Assembly (NCBI GenBank): GCA_012295275.1
Contig: CM022677.1
Location: 15,252,001 to 15,316,000, forward strand
Reading direction: 5' to 3'
DNA from: Chrysomallon squamiferum
Taxonomy: Eukaryota; Animalia; Mollusca
DNA: 64,000 bases
The stretch's first letter is position 1. Each line of letters opens with the position of its first letter. A model generated the notes under the pieces. The model was not told the DNA's origin and made no database searches. It saw only the letters and a list, made by a program, of their open reading frames with translations. Shown here one piece after another: positions 12,775 through 27,377 of this stretch. Position numbers and translations under genes: made by a program.

Positions 12775-13252
12775 ACAGAGACAGTTAGAGAGAAAAAGAC
12801 AGAGACAGAGAAAAACACACGGAGAGAGATACAGACAGAGACAGACAGATAGAGAGACAGAGACAAAAAGAGTCAGAGAGACAAAGAGAGAAAGACAGTG
12901 AGAGAGACAGTGAGATAAAGAGAGAGACAGAGGGAGAAAGAGACAGAGAGAAAAAGAGACAGGGACATAGGGAGAAAGAGACAGAGAGAAAAAGAGACAG
13001 GGACATAGGGAGACAGAGAGAGATAGAGACATAAAGAGATATAGGAGAGAAAAAAGAGATTCAGAACAGATAGAGACAGAGAGAGAAAGAGAGATTCAGA
13101 GAGAGACAGAGAGATATAGAGACAGACCAAGAAAGAAAGACTGAGAGAGACAGAGTTAGAGAGTGGAAGAGAGAGAGACAGAGATAGACAGAGAGAAAAG
13201 AGAGAAAAGAGAAAGAGATAGAGAGTAAGAGAAAGAGAGAGACAGAGAGAAA
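12775..13252. repeat. Degenerate (AG/GACA)-rich simple repeat
   Basis: Purine-rich GAGA/GACA run; source of the spurious SLSL/ERER ORFs. Confidence 0.9.
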
Positions 13253-13947
13253 GATACTAACCATTAAGAAAATACTAATCATTAACCAAATACTAACCTT
13301 TAACCAAATACTAACCATTACTAACATCCCCTACGTGTACTGAACCTCACCGTGGTGTAGGGGTGGCAACATTTCCAAAGGGAATGGCTAATTAGTACAT
13401 TAATATAATAACATTATTTTGGTTAGATAGATAGACAGATAGATAGATTATGATAGATAAATAGAAATACCTACATACAGATATAGTTACTGAAGATAGA
13501 TGAACATATGGATACAGAGGGTATTGCTACTTTTTCTAATTTTGAATAGTGTCATTACTTTGAAAGCTCTTTCTATATACGGATAGACAGACAGGCCAAC
13601 AGAGCATAGACAGAAGTGTATGTACTTAAGAATAAGTTATGACATATAAATATCTCCCTCTGGCTTTCACTGTCCAAATTACTCATCCTTACTTACCTGC
13701 ATGTTTCTATCTATCTATCTGTCTATCTATATATTTGTTTTATTTCATCATCAATTTCTCTGGCTATTTGTCTATCTATGTATCTGTCTGTTTGTTGATC
13801 AACCTGTGGTGTAGCTTAATGTTATTACCTGTCTAGCTAACCATTCATTCATCACTATATCCATTTACCTATCTATCCTCTATCTGTCTCTTTATAACTA
13901 TATCTACATCTATATCTATCTATCTATATCTATCTATCTATATATAT

Positions 13948-14122
13948 GGAAAAATAATTATTATTTCTATTACATTTTATTATTATATCTACAGGAAAGA
14001 CAATATTCTGGAATCAGCTACAGTTACAAGAATAGGGAGAAAAATTTAAACAGATGAGATGTCTACTGATATGGAACAATTATTATTCACAAAAGATGGA
14101 TTTTTCTTTCCAAAGCAGTTTC
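13948..14122 (+). repeat. Inverted duplicate of 16623-16797 (splice acceptor plus exon-like sequence)
   Basis: ...TATCTACAGGAAAGACAA.ATTCTGGA.TCAGCT.CAGTTACAAGAATAGGGAGAAAA...ATTATTATTCACAAAAGATGGATTTTTCTTTCCAAAGCAGTTT matches the reverse complement of 16623-16797. Confidence 0.9.
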
Positions 14123-14220
14123 CTAACCTATCAATCTATTTTTCAATTGATCAATACGTCTAACTATCTCTACATCAAGCTATCTTACCCTCTCAGTTAC
14201 AAATAGCACAGTCTATTTTG

Positions 14221-14287
<67 letters not shown>

Positions 14288-15396
14288 TTACATATACTCT
14301 CTCAATTTATATATCATATTTAATTATTTAAATACATTCTTTTTATCTATTTATCTATCTATAAATATATTTATTTATCTATCTATTTATCCCATATACA
14401 TAAGCAACAGACTCGGTCTTTCTTACAGGATGCAGTATATACTGATGCCTGCTTGCATCTATCTAGCTTTCTTCTATCAATTTACCTCTCTATCCACCCT
14501 TTTTTACACACGCACACACACACACATATATGAAGGTACATATACATACTAATCATCTTTAAACATACAAATAAATTATCATTACTATACATTATGTATG
14601 TGTGTATGCATCTATATATATATACAGATATATACACACACCCATTTCTTAACACACGTCTATCAATGTCTGTCAGTCTGTCTACAAATCAATCTACCAA
14701 ACTAGTAACATACCTACATATCAGTTTATTTCTCTGGCTTATACGTCTATTTTTCAATAACCATCTATCAAACATATGTCCAGCTCTCTGAATATCTAAC
14801 TATATACTACTTCAAACCTTGCTATCTTGCTGAATGTCTGTCTATGTAATCTATCTGTATTTATTTCTGTGTGTGTATTTATACAGAGATAAATAGTTAC
14901 ATCTTTCTGTATTTATATCTTTTATCTATCTATATAATCTATCTGTATCTGTCTGTATAATCTATCTGTATTTATCTCTGTATATCTCTAAATATAATGT
15001 ATCTGTATTTATTTCTATATATATCGATATATATCTGTAATCTATCTGTATTTATCTCTGGATATCTACCTTTAAGTATCACTAACTCAAACACAGATCC
15101 AATCCTTTCTGTTTTCTGTCTGCCTCTGTGTGTATTTATCTGTGTACATATACATGATCATATCCACTTTACCATCATATATGCTTACACCTATCTATTT
15201 ATCCATCCATCAAACTCTAAGGAAATGCCTCCCTATATATATTTCTCTATCCATCAATAACAATCCCTTGAATCAGATATTCATCTTCCTAACTATCTCC
15301 CTAAATTATTATAACTACGTTTTATATCTATCTTTCTGTGTTACTGTCCATTTATAACTCTCATTCACAATTCCCTTATTTAGCAATCCTTATGAA

Positions 15397-15444
<48 letters not shown>

Positions 15445-15714
15445 TCTATGTCACCTATCTATATGTATCTCTATATGTGTATCTAAGTACACAATTTCTC
15501 ATTCTATCTACATAATTAACCTACCTAACAGTTTATATATCAATAACATATATCAGTCATTTAAACATCTTCTTGTCTATATACCTTCAAACCTCCCTAT
15601 AGTTCTGTATGTTTGCACACATATTTACTCAATATATTCACTCTTCAAAAAAGACAAGCGACTTTTCCTTCTATATACTATTCTCTGCTCCAGCTTACAT
15701 ACCTATACCTGTAG

Positions 15715-15751
<37 letters not shown>

Positions 15752-16379
15752 GTCTTCCACATTACCATCATACCTGCCTACACCTATCTGTCTGTCTGCT
15801 ACATACTATCTACATATATCTACATATCAACCTACTGAATTACTGACCTACCTACCTATCTGTCCCTCTGTGTGTCTGATATCTGTTAGATAACTATCTA
15901 CATATATCTACATATCAGCCTACTGAAGTACATACCTACATACCTATTTGTTTATCTATCCACATTATGACAGATCAATAACCATCCATCAATCAAATAT
16001 CTAATTCCCTGTCAAACTACCTACATACATAACTAACTATGTCTAGATAGCTACATTACAACCTGTGTATTTTACTGTATGTCTACACTCTCAGCCTGGC
16101 ACACAAACACACGTGACAGAAAGAAGAAAACACAGAATAGATAGACAGACACTGACATGTTTAACTATCTGCCTAAATTCATCTACATCTATGAATTCAT
16201 TTGTTAATTTCTACTGATCTAACAGTCTATCAGTCTATCAACATCTCTCTCTTTCTTTCTGGTTATCTTCCTGTGTATCTCTTTACCTGTTAACCTCCCA
16301 TCAGACAGTCAGTCTCATATCTCTGTCAATCATCTCTCCTTTCCTTTAAATCACTTATAGTTGTTCTAAACTTGCTAAT

Positions 16380-19300
16380 ATTGTCTATGAAAACAACATT
16401 AAGCTGGAACCTGCTTGTTGTCTATCTGTAAATATCATTGCTCCACATATTTTCATTTCTTCTATAATTTGTAATGTAGAAACACACATAGCTTTTGCAG
16501 TGTCATTAATCATTACAGTGGAAGTTTTTTGTTCCCTTCCATAATAACCAAGAATCATCCACTGTTAACTATTGGAGAATAATCAATCAACACTGATGTG
16601 TACTGTCAACATTTTCTCTGAAAACTGCTTTGGAAAGAAAAATCCATCTTTTGTGAATAATAATTTTTCCATATCAGTAGATACCTCATCTGTTTAAATT
16701 TTTCTCCCTATTCTTGTAACTGAAGCTGAGTCCAGAATCTTGTCTTTCCTGTAGATACAATAATAAAATGTAATAGAAATAATAAGTATTTTTCCATTGT
16801 GTTTAATTGTCTGTAATGTTAAAAAGAAATTATTATAAATAAACATCTGTCTCTTATTGTAATAGATTTTAATAATAAATCATAAATAATTTAAACAAAA
16901 TATATATATCTATGAAAAAGCATCACTACAAATTTTACATTCTGGTCAATTTAAAAAGAAAAATTGTCTTTTATAACTAAATTCATAAACATATGTGAAA
17001 ATATTTCTTTATGAAAGATTTTCTAATGCATTGATTAGATCAAAATATTTTAAAGTTAAGCAATACAAACATAACATGAAAATGTAATAATAATAATAAT
17101 ACAAATACCACTAATATGTCTCAAACCTCAAATCTATGAAATTGTGAATTCTCCTCTGAATCTTCAGCACTGACCTGCCTTGTACTGTAAGGGAGAGCGT
17201 GAGATCTGAAAAACTCTGTTTTTGACCAAGTGTTTAAAAGAAATACAAAATCTGACATGGACTTGACAGTTTCCACCCGTAAATTGAAAAGAATTCATTG
17301 TCACCAGCCTATAAAAATAACTAATTGATAAGTTCTGTCATTTATTAGTTTACTAATAGATACCAAAGCTTTTCAGTTCTAATAACAAACTGTTAATGTC
17401 ACTCTCCACTAGGTATGTGAATTCAGTCATTTTGATTACAAGCTGCATTACTTTTTTGGAACACTTAGAACTGATTCTATACATCTAATTTTAGATTTGA
17501 TTTAAAATATAAGTTAATAAATTTATCCACAGTTTAATCTGTGAATATCATTCAGTTCATCAGCTAGTTTATGTATATTTTCTTTCTGTGAATATCATTC
17601 AGTTCATCAGCTAGTTTATGTATATTTTTCTAATACAAAACTGCAGTGATTAAAATGCTGAAGTGTTATCTTGATCTGAACTGAACTTTTATCACCTACA
17701 AATATGTTTATTAAAGTTAACAGATTTGAATCCTGAAAGAGGAAGTGATCCAGCCGATAAAAAAAGAAAAGAATAAATAAACCAAATAATGCAGATACTG
17801 CAACAGTAACACTGAAACTAATAAACTGTTTCATATATGAGTCACTTGTTTCTTACTATTTGGTCACAATCGGGCAATTTTGTGGCTTTTGTACATTCCC
17901 CTTGTTTTAGACAGATTCATCTAAATAAACAAATATAGAAAGAAAAATTAATAAAAGAAAAATAAAATAACAAGAAAAAAAATAAGCATCAAGTTTATCA
18001 TTCTAACCTTAATCTACATTATTTAAATGACTATTTTTTTTACCTATTTCAGGCTAGGAGCATTTGATTAATTTGCACAATAAAATCTTTGGGAAGAAAA
18101 ATTTCAGTCATGGAAAAATTATTATGAATTATACTTTAACAATGTTTTAATACTGACTTTATTTACCTGGATATAGGTGTGAATTACTGAGAACAAAATA
18201 AAGAGAATTCTATCATTTTAACTAAGTCTGTGTGAAATAAGTATTTCCCATAAAATAATTATTAGTGGCTCTTGTTTTAAAACATATGGAAGGAAAGAAA
18301 CGGTTGCCCAAATAATTTTATTATTAGTTATTATTATAAAAGATATTGAGACCTCTTACTTCAGAACAGTTCTCTGTTTGATTGAATTCCTCTGACTGGC
18401 TAGTAACAGTATCAGAAGAATTTGTCATCTTCAGGGTTTTTTTCTGAAAATCACCTGCAAAACCAGAAAGAGATTTCACTTTAATGTTTTTCTTTGCCTG
18501 GTTTTAGCACCTTCAAGTTTTTCTCCTGATATTTGACTGTTGTAAGACTCTCCAACTTAAGAATTGTTGTAGTTTGACGTGGTCGGCTTCAATGTCCAGG
18601 TCACCAAAATTGAGCTTTTCATCAGCAGAACTTTGAACAACTCTGAGTCAGAGTCACATTGGTGGGTGCACTGCCTAGTTTGAGTAAATAAATAAAAATA
18701 AATAAAATACTGCTACTATTACATTTACTGCAACACAATATGCTACTTTTATTACCAGCATTACTGTAACTAATATTTACTATTATTTCTTATTCCTTAT
18801 CAAAATTACTAAAATTACTATCCATTAATAATAAAAGTGATATGTTTGCTCTCTTCATTATTAGTCCTAAGCCTTTATTTCTTTATACTAATATTATTAT
18901 AATTACTACAACAACAACAATTATGACTACTGTTACTACTACTATCACTGCTGTTACACAACTCTTCTTGTTACATTTATCATAACAATTTCTCTGAAAA
19001 CAACTGCTATTAGTACTGCTACTACTACCATTACAACCAGTAATTTGACTACAAACAGGTTTTTAATCACCATGAGACTCACAAGATACATTACTATTAC
19101 ACAGCTATGGACATCAGAATATTCCAGTGGCAGCAAACTTTATCCTCAGTGCTGGACAGCACCTTCTACTGAAACAACTTCACTAGCAAACATCAGCACA
19201 TCAATTAGAGCTGTATGTGTATTCTGAAAATAAAAATATACAAATAAAATAATAAAAATAATAAACTGTTAAAAATAAATAACTAATGTTTCTGTTATTA

Positions 19301-20050
19301 TTTAAATTTTACTGTTATCAGTTACTGGATTATTCAGACACAAAGGGGTGTGGGATATTTTTTATATATTTTGTATAATCATTATAATTATAATGATAAT
19401 AATGATAATAATTTAAATAATCAACAAAACAATAGAAAAACAAATGATTATTATTATGCTATTTTACAATCAGTAAAGAGTTGTTACTATAAAACTTATT
19501 TTATTTGCTAAGAAATAAAAATAAGATAAAAAACTTGCAACTTGGAATTGTGTTGTCTGAATCAGGTACAGGACTAGCTCGGTCCTTTGAACTGTCAATG
19601 TGGTGAGACATCACTCTCATGAACGCTGCTTTCCTGAGTCTCATCTTGTTCTGCTGCAGCTACAGCCTCTGTTTTCTTCTCTCTTTTTTTTTATCTTCTC
19701 ATCCAGCTTCATTCTCAGAGTGGCAAACTCAGATGTTACCTGCTGCTCAACTTTCTGGTTGTTGTCTTTGCCACTGACATGCAGAGCCATCACAGTCATC
19801 TACCAAGTTGTTTTGTTTGACAGTGTAGCAGATGAAGTGTTTTTACCAGCATCAGCTTGTTTTCACAAAACTGCAGAATTCAATTGCGCTCTGCCGTTTC
19901 CTTCTTGTTCCTGTCTATGCTGAATGTAAACCATCAATATATCCATATTATAGATATTCCAGCAGCTCTTGCACTCTACACAGTGGTTCTGGTCAATGAT
20001 TGTGTAGCTGGATGAGAAATTTATAAAATATTTCACTCACATCTGAATTT
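16380..20050 (-). pseudogene. Probable decayed multi-exon gene of unknown identity
   Basis: Higher-GC blocks on the minus strand (~16380-16749, 17857-17920, 18360-18674, ~19100-19223, ~19540-20050), most starting after a pyrimidine-rich AG and two ending at gtaag. Long near-open S/E/K/Q-rich frames are broken by stops. No family recognised. Confidence 0.35.
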
Positions 20051-20517
20051 TCACAGAAACATTCTTTAAATTCATTTGGAACATTTTCTCCAAAAAACAT
20101 CAAAAATAAACAATTATTAGTAATGATATAAAAAATAAAATGGATAGTAATAATAAAGATTACAAAAATAATAATAATAAAAAGTAGTAGTAATAATAAG
20201 AAGATGAAAAAGAAGGAATTACAGGATAACAAATAATTTGTGTGTGTTTATGTGTGTGTGTGTTAAATATTATTATAACAAATAATTTTATTAATATTTT
20301 ACAATGTCTACATATTAAATAACCTGGTTATGTATTTCTTAAATTTGTTTTAATTTGTATAAAAATATCATTTAAATATGTTTCATAATTATTGAACAAG
20401 TCAGTAATTTAACCTAAATCTTTAAAAATAATAAGTCATAAATAAACTGATAGAAAACAACCTGTCAAATTAGCATATTTTCTTTTAATAGTTTTATTAG
20501 TTTATTTCAAAAAAAAA

Positions 20518-20564
<47 letters not shown>

Positions 20565-21745
20565 ATTATCTGTGACTTGTTGTGTTGTATTTCCTTTGAT
20601 GTGTGCTACACAAGTAAATTTATTTTAAAACAAATTTAATTACTGGCCACTCAAAATTTGCCCCCGATAGGCTGATACATCATATAATGATCGGTAAAAC
20701 AAAATTAAACATGATTTCTTCTTTATATGACGTTGTTTATGCTTTTCACATTAGTACAACCACTGGTGAATGTTATTATTAACAATAAATAAATTATAAA
20801 TAAAAAATAAAAAAATAAATATTGTTCCCATTCAGGTGTTTTTAAAATATGACTTTTAAATTATAATTAAATAAAACGAAAAAAATCCAAACACATTAAC
20901 ATTTATAATAATAAATAGTAATACCTGTTTCCGTCACAAAATGAAATACTTTAAGCAACTTTTTTAATGCGATTACACCAATTCTGTAGAAAATTCTTCA
21001 AACATCAAATAAAAAGGTAAATCCGTAAAGACCGACAATCATCCCGCATTTTTCCGCATATACAATCCCAAAGAAAATAAATAAATAAATAACACAAAAA
21101 TTAAATAATGTTCAAAACGAATAAAATAAAATAAAGGAACATAACAATTTTTTTTAAATATATTTATTTTATTTATTTATTTATATATATATATTTTTTA
21201 TCTTATTATTAGCCAATCGTTGACCGTAAACTTCAAATAAACGGTGTTTTTAATTTTTTAACCCTACATTTTCTTTCTTCTGTTTATTTATATTAATGCA
21301 CCAAATAAAATCACAAAGCTTAAAACTCACACTACAATAAGTTGCTTATTATTGCGCAGGAATTTACCAATGTTTGATCCACGTCTGAAAGCACTGACTG
21401 AAAAAAAATAAAAATTATTTTGCCTTTTATTAAATATTGCAATTAGTGTCCACATCCTACGTCAAAAAAACTATCATTAATATTTCTATTACTGAGGCCG
21501 TCATTCCGTCGTTCCAGGATTGTTCTTAACACTTCATTACTCTTCTTTTTATTCGCTATTATTCTTATTTTGTGACCGTGCCCGTCCTTTACTAAAAATG
21601 ATCATTTCTATTTCTATTAATGAGGCATCAATGCCGTCGTTCCAGGATAATAACTTTCTGAGCGGGCGAATCACCTCTTCAAACATACTATTGTGATTTC
21701 TACTAATGTCGCCGTCGTTCCAGGATTGTTCTTAACGTCTTGGTT

Positions 21746-22539
21746 AATATCACACATCACTGTACAGTATTTTTTTTTACTTAATGCTACTAATATCACG
21801 TCACTGTATAGTGTTTATTTACTTAATGCTACTAATATCACATTACAGTATAGTATTTATGTACTTAATACTTTTCAGTATTACTGTTCAGTATTTATTT
21901 ACTTAATGTCTGCTAATATCACATTACTGTTCAGTATTTATTTACTTAATACTGCTAATATCATTTTTTCTTTTCAGTATTTATTTACTTAATACTGCTA
22001 ATATCGCATTACAGTATAGGGTTTATTTACTTAATGCTACTAATATCACATTACAGTATAGTATTTATGTACTTAATACTTTTCAGTATTACTGTTCAGT
22101 ATTTATTTACTTAATGTCTGCTAATATCATTTTTACTTTTCAGTATTTATTTACTTAATACTGCTAATATCGCATTACAGTATAGGGTTTATTTACTTAA
22201 TGCTACTAATATCACATTACAGTTTAGTATTTATGTACTTAATACTTCTAATATCACATTACTGTATAGTGTTTATTTACTTAATGCTACTAATATCACA
22301 TTACTGTATAATATTTATTTACTTAATGTCTGCTAACATCATGTTACTGAAGAGTATTTATTTACTTTTTGTCTGCTAATATCACGTTACTGCACAGTAT
22401 TTACTAACTTAATACTGCTAATATCACGTTACTGCACAGTATTTACTAACTTAATACTGCTAATATCACGTTACTGAACAGTATTTATTTACTTAGTGTC
22501 TGCTAATATCACGTTACTGTACTGTATTTATTTACTTAA
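21746..22539. repeat. Minisatellite, ~42-43 bp unit with a ~208-bp higher-order duplication
   Basis: Unit approximately CT(G/A)CTAATATCACATTACTGTTCAGTATTTATTTACTTAATA; the block starting ~21832 is repeated at ~22040. Confidence 0.92.
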
Positions 22540-23085
22540 GAGGAGATTCTTCATGATTTACAGAATATAGTCGTCTACACAGAAAGAATGAAAAATAGAA
22601 ATAAAAATGGAAATGAAATAAAGTTTAATGATTTTTGTTTAAAAAAAACATTTTTTTTATCTATTAAAACTGACATTTATTCAAACACATTCATAAAATA
22701 AAATTCAAGAATAAAAATATTGTAATAACATAATAAAAAATAGAAATGACATACAATGTTTTAACATGGCCAGTTTGGATACACTATTAATAAGTAGTGA
22801 CATCTAATTTGTATGTATATTGAAGAAGAAACAGAACTGCAGACAATCCTTCTAAATCTTCATCAATTGAGAGGTGCGCCACTTCTAAATAACAGTTGTA
22901 ATGCACATTTTAAACTGGGTTTCTTTTTTTTTTCGTGTTTACTTGAGGAGTGGTTTTTTTTTTTTTTTTTATTTTTTTGTCTGTATGTTACTTTATTCTG
23001 TAATTTCCATAATATACGTAGACACACAGACAAATAGAAAAATACATATAATCAAAGGATAACAGAAACATATCACACCAACAGT

Positions 23086-23152
<67 letters not shown>

Positions 23153-23384
23153 ATCACACATAAACTCAAAGACAAAAAAAAAATGTACAGCAAATAAGAC
23201 AAAGTAAAAATAATAAAATAAACAAACAAAATGAAATAAAAAATAATGAAACATGTCGTTTTATCCGCTCCCACCTCACTTTGTCTGCGAAATTTAAACT
23301 GACATATGTTTAGAATTAAATCGTCATAACTCTATTTTTATACCAGATATTTAGAATTCATATCAGTAGTAGATACCTTCAAAT

Positions 23385-24201
23385 ATGTATCAGCAGTACA
23401 CTATTTTAGTTTTGCTTTTATCAGCTGTCAATTCAGAACTGTTTACGTCCGTATCACATCTCTACAACTCTGTACTAGCATGAAGAGACTTGGGAACAGC
23501 ATTAAGAAATGTCAGTCTATGTTTATGAAGAAAGAACTGAAATGGAAAAGTTGAAAACAATTTCAGATCAAATGGAACAGCACTGTTTGATCGCACTAAA
23601 AGATCCAAATCGTTACAAAACCAACCCAATTGGTGCATTTTTATATATTAAACGTTTCACGTTGGATTGGGAACGAGATGTTCAGCCTATTCTTCACGAA
23701 AGTATTACGTCCCAGACAGAATTAACCGAACTACAAGAAATTCGTGAACATCTTCCAAGTTACGAAGATTTAAAAGGGGCCGCTGTAGCTGTGTTTCAAC
23801 TTCAAGACACGTAATACAAAATGAAAAAATACAAATATGTGCATATCTGGATGGAGACAAGTCTTGAGAAAGTAACGCAAAAAAATGCATGGCTATGAAA
23901 TACACGGTAGAGAATTAGCGGGACAGATAGAACAATTTTTAAATTTGACAAATGAACAGTTAATGTTAGCTCGTGGACAAAAACGTGCTCCGAACAGAAA
24001 GAAAAAGTATTTAAGTATATCAAAACTTAGGAAAGAAAAGATAAAAGAAAATGCCAGAGTTAAAGAAAAAACAACTTTGGATGCTCTCTGTCGTGGTGAA
24101 GACGTTATTAAAGTACGACAGCGACATTGTTTGAAATATCGTTAACAATATCAAAAATCTGCTTTTAATTCTTAAGCCTGGTAAAGAAGAGATTCTGCAA
24201 T
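23385..24201 (+). pseudogene. P4HA: Prolyl 4-hydroxylase alpha subunit pseudogene (N-terminal half, intronless, stops and frameshifts)
   Basis: Signal peptide MYQQYTILVLLLSAVNS then ELFTSVSHL...A*RDLGTALRN; DPNRYKTNPIGAFLYIKRFTLDWE; LPSYEDLKGAAVAVFQLQDT*; LNLTNEQL...KRA...KKY; DALCRGE...HCLKYR; LLILKPGKEE. These match, in order, the P4H-alpha motifs ELFTS, NPINAF..IKR...DW, LP..EDL.GAA.AL.RLQDTY, LCRGE and L.P.KEE. Confidence 0.88.
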
Positions 24202-25566
24202 TAATGTAAATTTTAAAAACGTGTGCTCTGTTTGTGTAGTAGTTTACGCGGGATTTTAGTTACATTGTGTTACACAGAACATTCACAGTTAGAGAGTAGC
24301 GGTGACACCAACCGTGTAAATTGTAAGAGTAGTCCGATATCTTGAATAACTATGAATATCCTTCCAGACTAGCAACCTTTTTTCTCAGTTTAGAAAAAAG
24401 TTAAGTATCTGCACTACATCTTTAATTATACACATGTTTATAATTAAAACAAAGTATATATTTAATTTCCGATGAAACGTATATAAATCGATGGTAAGAA
24501 AAAAATGTCTAATTGTAAATAAACAAACATATGCTAATAAAAGTAGTTTAATAAACCTCAAAATGTTGATGAATTTCAGGTTAATCAAATTATTTCTGGT
24601 AGTAAATAAAACGTCGATTTAAATTTGATGATATTAACTTTTATTAAGCAAATATGACAGACTTCAACTAAGAGAGTTTTTTCGATTTTAGATATGTCTT
24701 AAAAAAATAATAATAAAAAGTATTGCCAGTTTTGCTGGATCACATGATGTAGTCAAGCAGAATGGCAAGACTATTAAAGAATTCACACATGTTATCTTTC
24801 AGGATACCACACAATATAATCTGTGGATCAAGCTTATAACATATAACACTATTTAAACAGTGCAAAAATTAAGCAGCGTAAAATTATCAATGTAAATAGT
24901 GTATTTTCTTAACAAAAATACTACGTTACTTTTGCTGCCATGATGTAGAGAAAACAACATAAATTACGTTGAGAAATATCACATTAATATCACAGTTGCT
25001 AATGAAATATCATTTTTATCTGGTTGCGATATTTTATTCCTGAATATTCACTTTACTTCTCAACTAGAAATATTAAAATGAATACGTAATTAATTATTTG
25101 CTAATGTCTAACAAATGCAACACCTGTCTAGAAAAATAAAATCAGTATTTAATTATCAGTACAATCTCAGGTGCAACTAAAAACTAATCCTGATTCTGAT
25201 AGTAACACAGAATTGGAATCTGGAAGGCCTCTTAATTTCTGAAGTTCTCAACTATCCTTCGTGAATGAGATGATATTCAGTTAGTTATACGACAAATCAT
25301 ACTGAAAATTACAGGTATGATTTCACTGTGAACATTCAGAAATATAGATGGAACTTCAGTGTTATAATGTTTTTATTAATAACAGTAGCTTTACATGTTA
25401 CGTCAAATATATATCGAGATATAAAGAGAGCGCATCTAGTGTGACATATTATAACCACAGTTAATCTATTAGATACTACTGACAGTTATAAATGATAATT
25501 CTACATGGCGTTATGAAAATAAGTGGTTTAATCACATGTAAAAAGAAAAAAATGAGAATTAATTAT

Positions 25567-26490
25567 GAGCAGTGATATTTACAGTTTGCTAGTTAAGTAT
25601 GTTAAGAAATGTTAATCTCATATTTTATTAATATCGAATATTTATATCAAGTTATATTGAAAAATGTCGGAGTTCATTCCCTGGAATCACGATAGTGTGT
25701 ACTGATTAGCTGAGAACAAGCAAGATTAACTTGTTATTTTATTTTATTTTTTTCATTACATTCATTAAAAGGTGTACATCAGCGCAAGTTGTATAGTGTA
25801 ATTTTTTTTTTACATTTCTAATTATACCTGAAGTTCTCTTATTACATTAGATATTAATATAACCGCTTCACCAGTCATAATCTATATAACAATGAAGCAG
25901 ACACCGTAGATGTCAGTCCTCCCTTTGTCAACAGCTAAATAGCAACAACAACAACAGTAATAACACCTTAATATTTTTATTTTTTATTTTGCTTTTATTT
26001 TTCTGTAAAAGCGCACTCTTCCTATATATGTTTGACGCTATTCTCTTAGTTTCATTAGAACTGTTCTGAGTGCGGATATAAAAATTACTTCGAATTTTTT
26101 GTTAGGCCTCGTAAAGTTATCAGAGAAATCAGATTTATTCTTAGTGTATTTTTCTGTCGAGGTAAAAACTAAATAATTATTTTTCAAAAAAATATATAAT
26201 AATGATAATAATAAAAAAAAAAACCGCTGATTTATGAGAAATCGTGAACTTTTATAAAACCACAGTTAACTAAAGATATCGCTGTTTTCACAGATAATGT
26301 TACCCACCGATAAGACGCAAGTTTTATAACGTATTATTTATATGAGAAATTAAAATTACATTAATTAGAGATTATCAGTTATATTATTGAATAAACATGG
26401 AATTTCATTCTAGATTAACTTACTTTTCTCAGTGTTTAAAAAAAAAATAATCTGATATATTCTTAATTAATGACATAATTTGAATTTTAG
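25567..26490 (+). repeat. Dispersed repeat; inverted partial copy ~55090-55591 and direct partial copy ~56805-57070
   Basis: GAGCAGTGATATTTACAGTT, AGAAATGTTAATCTCATATTTTATTAATATCG, CCCTGGAATCAC, GTACTGATTAGCTGAGAACAA, CCTCCCTTTG.CAACAGCTAAATA.CA.CAACAACAACAGTAATAACACCTTAATAT and TTTGACGCTATTCT all occur reverse-complemented at 55320-55591. TGAAGCAGACACC, CTTTGTCAACAG and TAACACCTTAATAT occur directly at 56919-56996. Confidence 0.85.
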
Positions 26491-26716
26491 ATTAATTTTA
26501 CATGTTTAATCTAAAATTCAAATTTATCAATCTTATGTAGGGAGAGATGTAAATTGTGTCGCGGAATGTCATGTTACTGCGGTCATGAAACAAAGTATCA
26601 CATTGTGACACTGAAAGGTGCACAGTTAATTTTCAGTAACATCAATACAATAATAAATACAGTATTCATCTAGCACTTTACCCTTTCTGTAGGTTCTTAT
26701 TACTGTTAATAATAAA

Positions 26717-26764
<48 letters not shown>

Positions 26765-27377
26765 ACTGAGCCAAAAAAATGAGGACAATGTCATTAAAAA
26801 TAAAAAGTGCTTAAAATGATTAAAAAACTAGTTGAGATATTAGATAAAACTTGCTTTCAACTAATACTGAAGCAAAAGTTGTCATTTTCTTGTTCACTTG
26901 ACTGTAGTGAGGTTGTGAAATCAGGCAAATACTGTTGTGATGTAAGTTACACGACGACGTTTTAATCCAGTAATACAATGAATAAACTGATTTAATGAGA
27001 TGCATATTGATGTAGTTGGTGTGTTGTTGTATCTCAGTTCAGTGTAATTGAGAGATTTAAAAAAAAATCACATATGATGTGGTAGTTTGGCAATAAAGTT
27101 GTAACTTACGACATATGCAGAGTTCAACTTTTTTTGAGAAAGCAGTAATAACAAATGGCTTTTTCTTTTCCCATGTCGGTGATTGTTTCTGAATCAGAAA
27201 GAGATGCAAAGAAAAACTAGAAGTATGCTTTTCAAATAATAAAGTTTAGCAGTATAATATGTCGTAAGTTACAAGACACCAAAATGTCATCATCCATAAA
27301 AATGAACAATATTTTGCAGAATTATAACAACAAAATGCGAAACAGTCTTCAGTTTTATTTCAGTTTCACTTCTTTAA

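Noticed and set aside
13252-13326. TAACC-containing repeats suggesting interstitial telomere
   Set aside because: An 18-bp unit (AAATACTAACCATTAACC) with only about four copies; not a TTAGGG or TTAGG array.
12637-13327. Long SLSL/ERER ORFs (likewise the poly-I, poly-N, HTHT and CVCV ORFs elsewhere)
   Set aside because: Translations of microsatellites and low-complexity AT-rich DNA.
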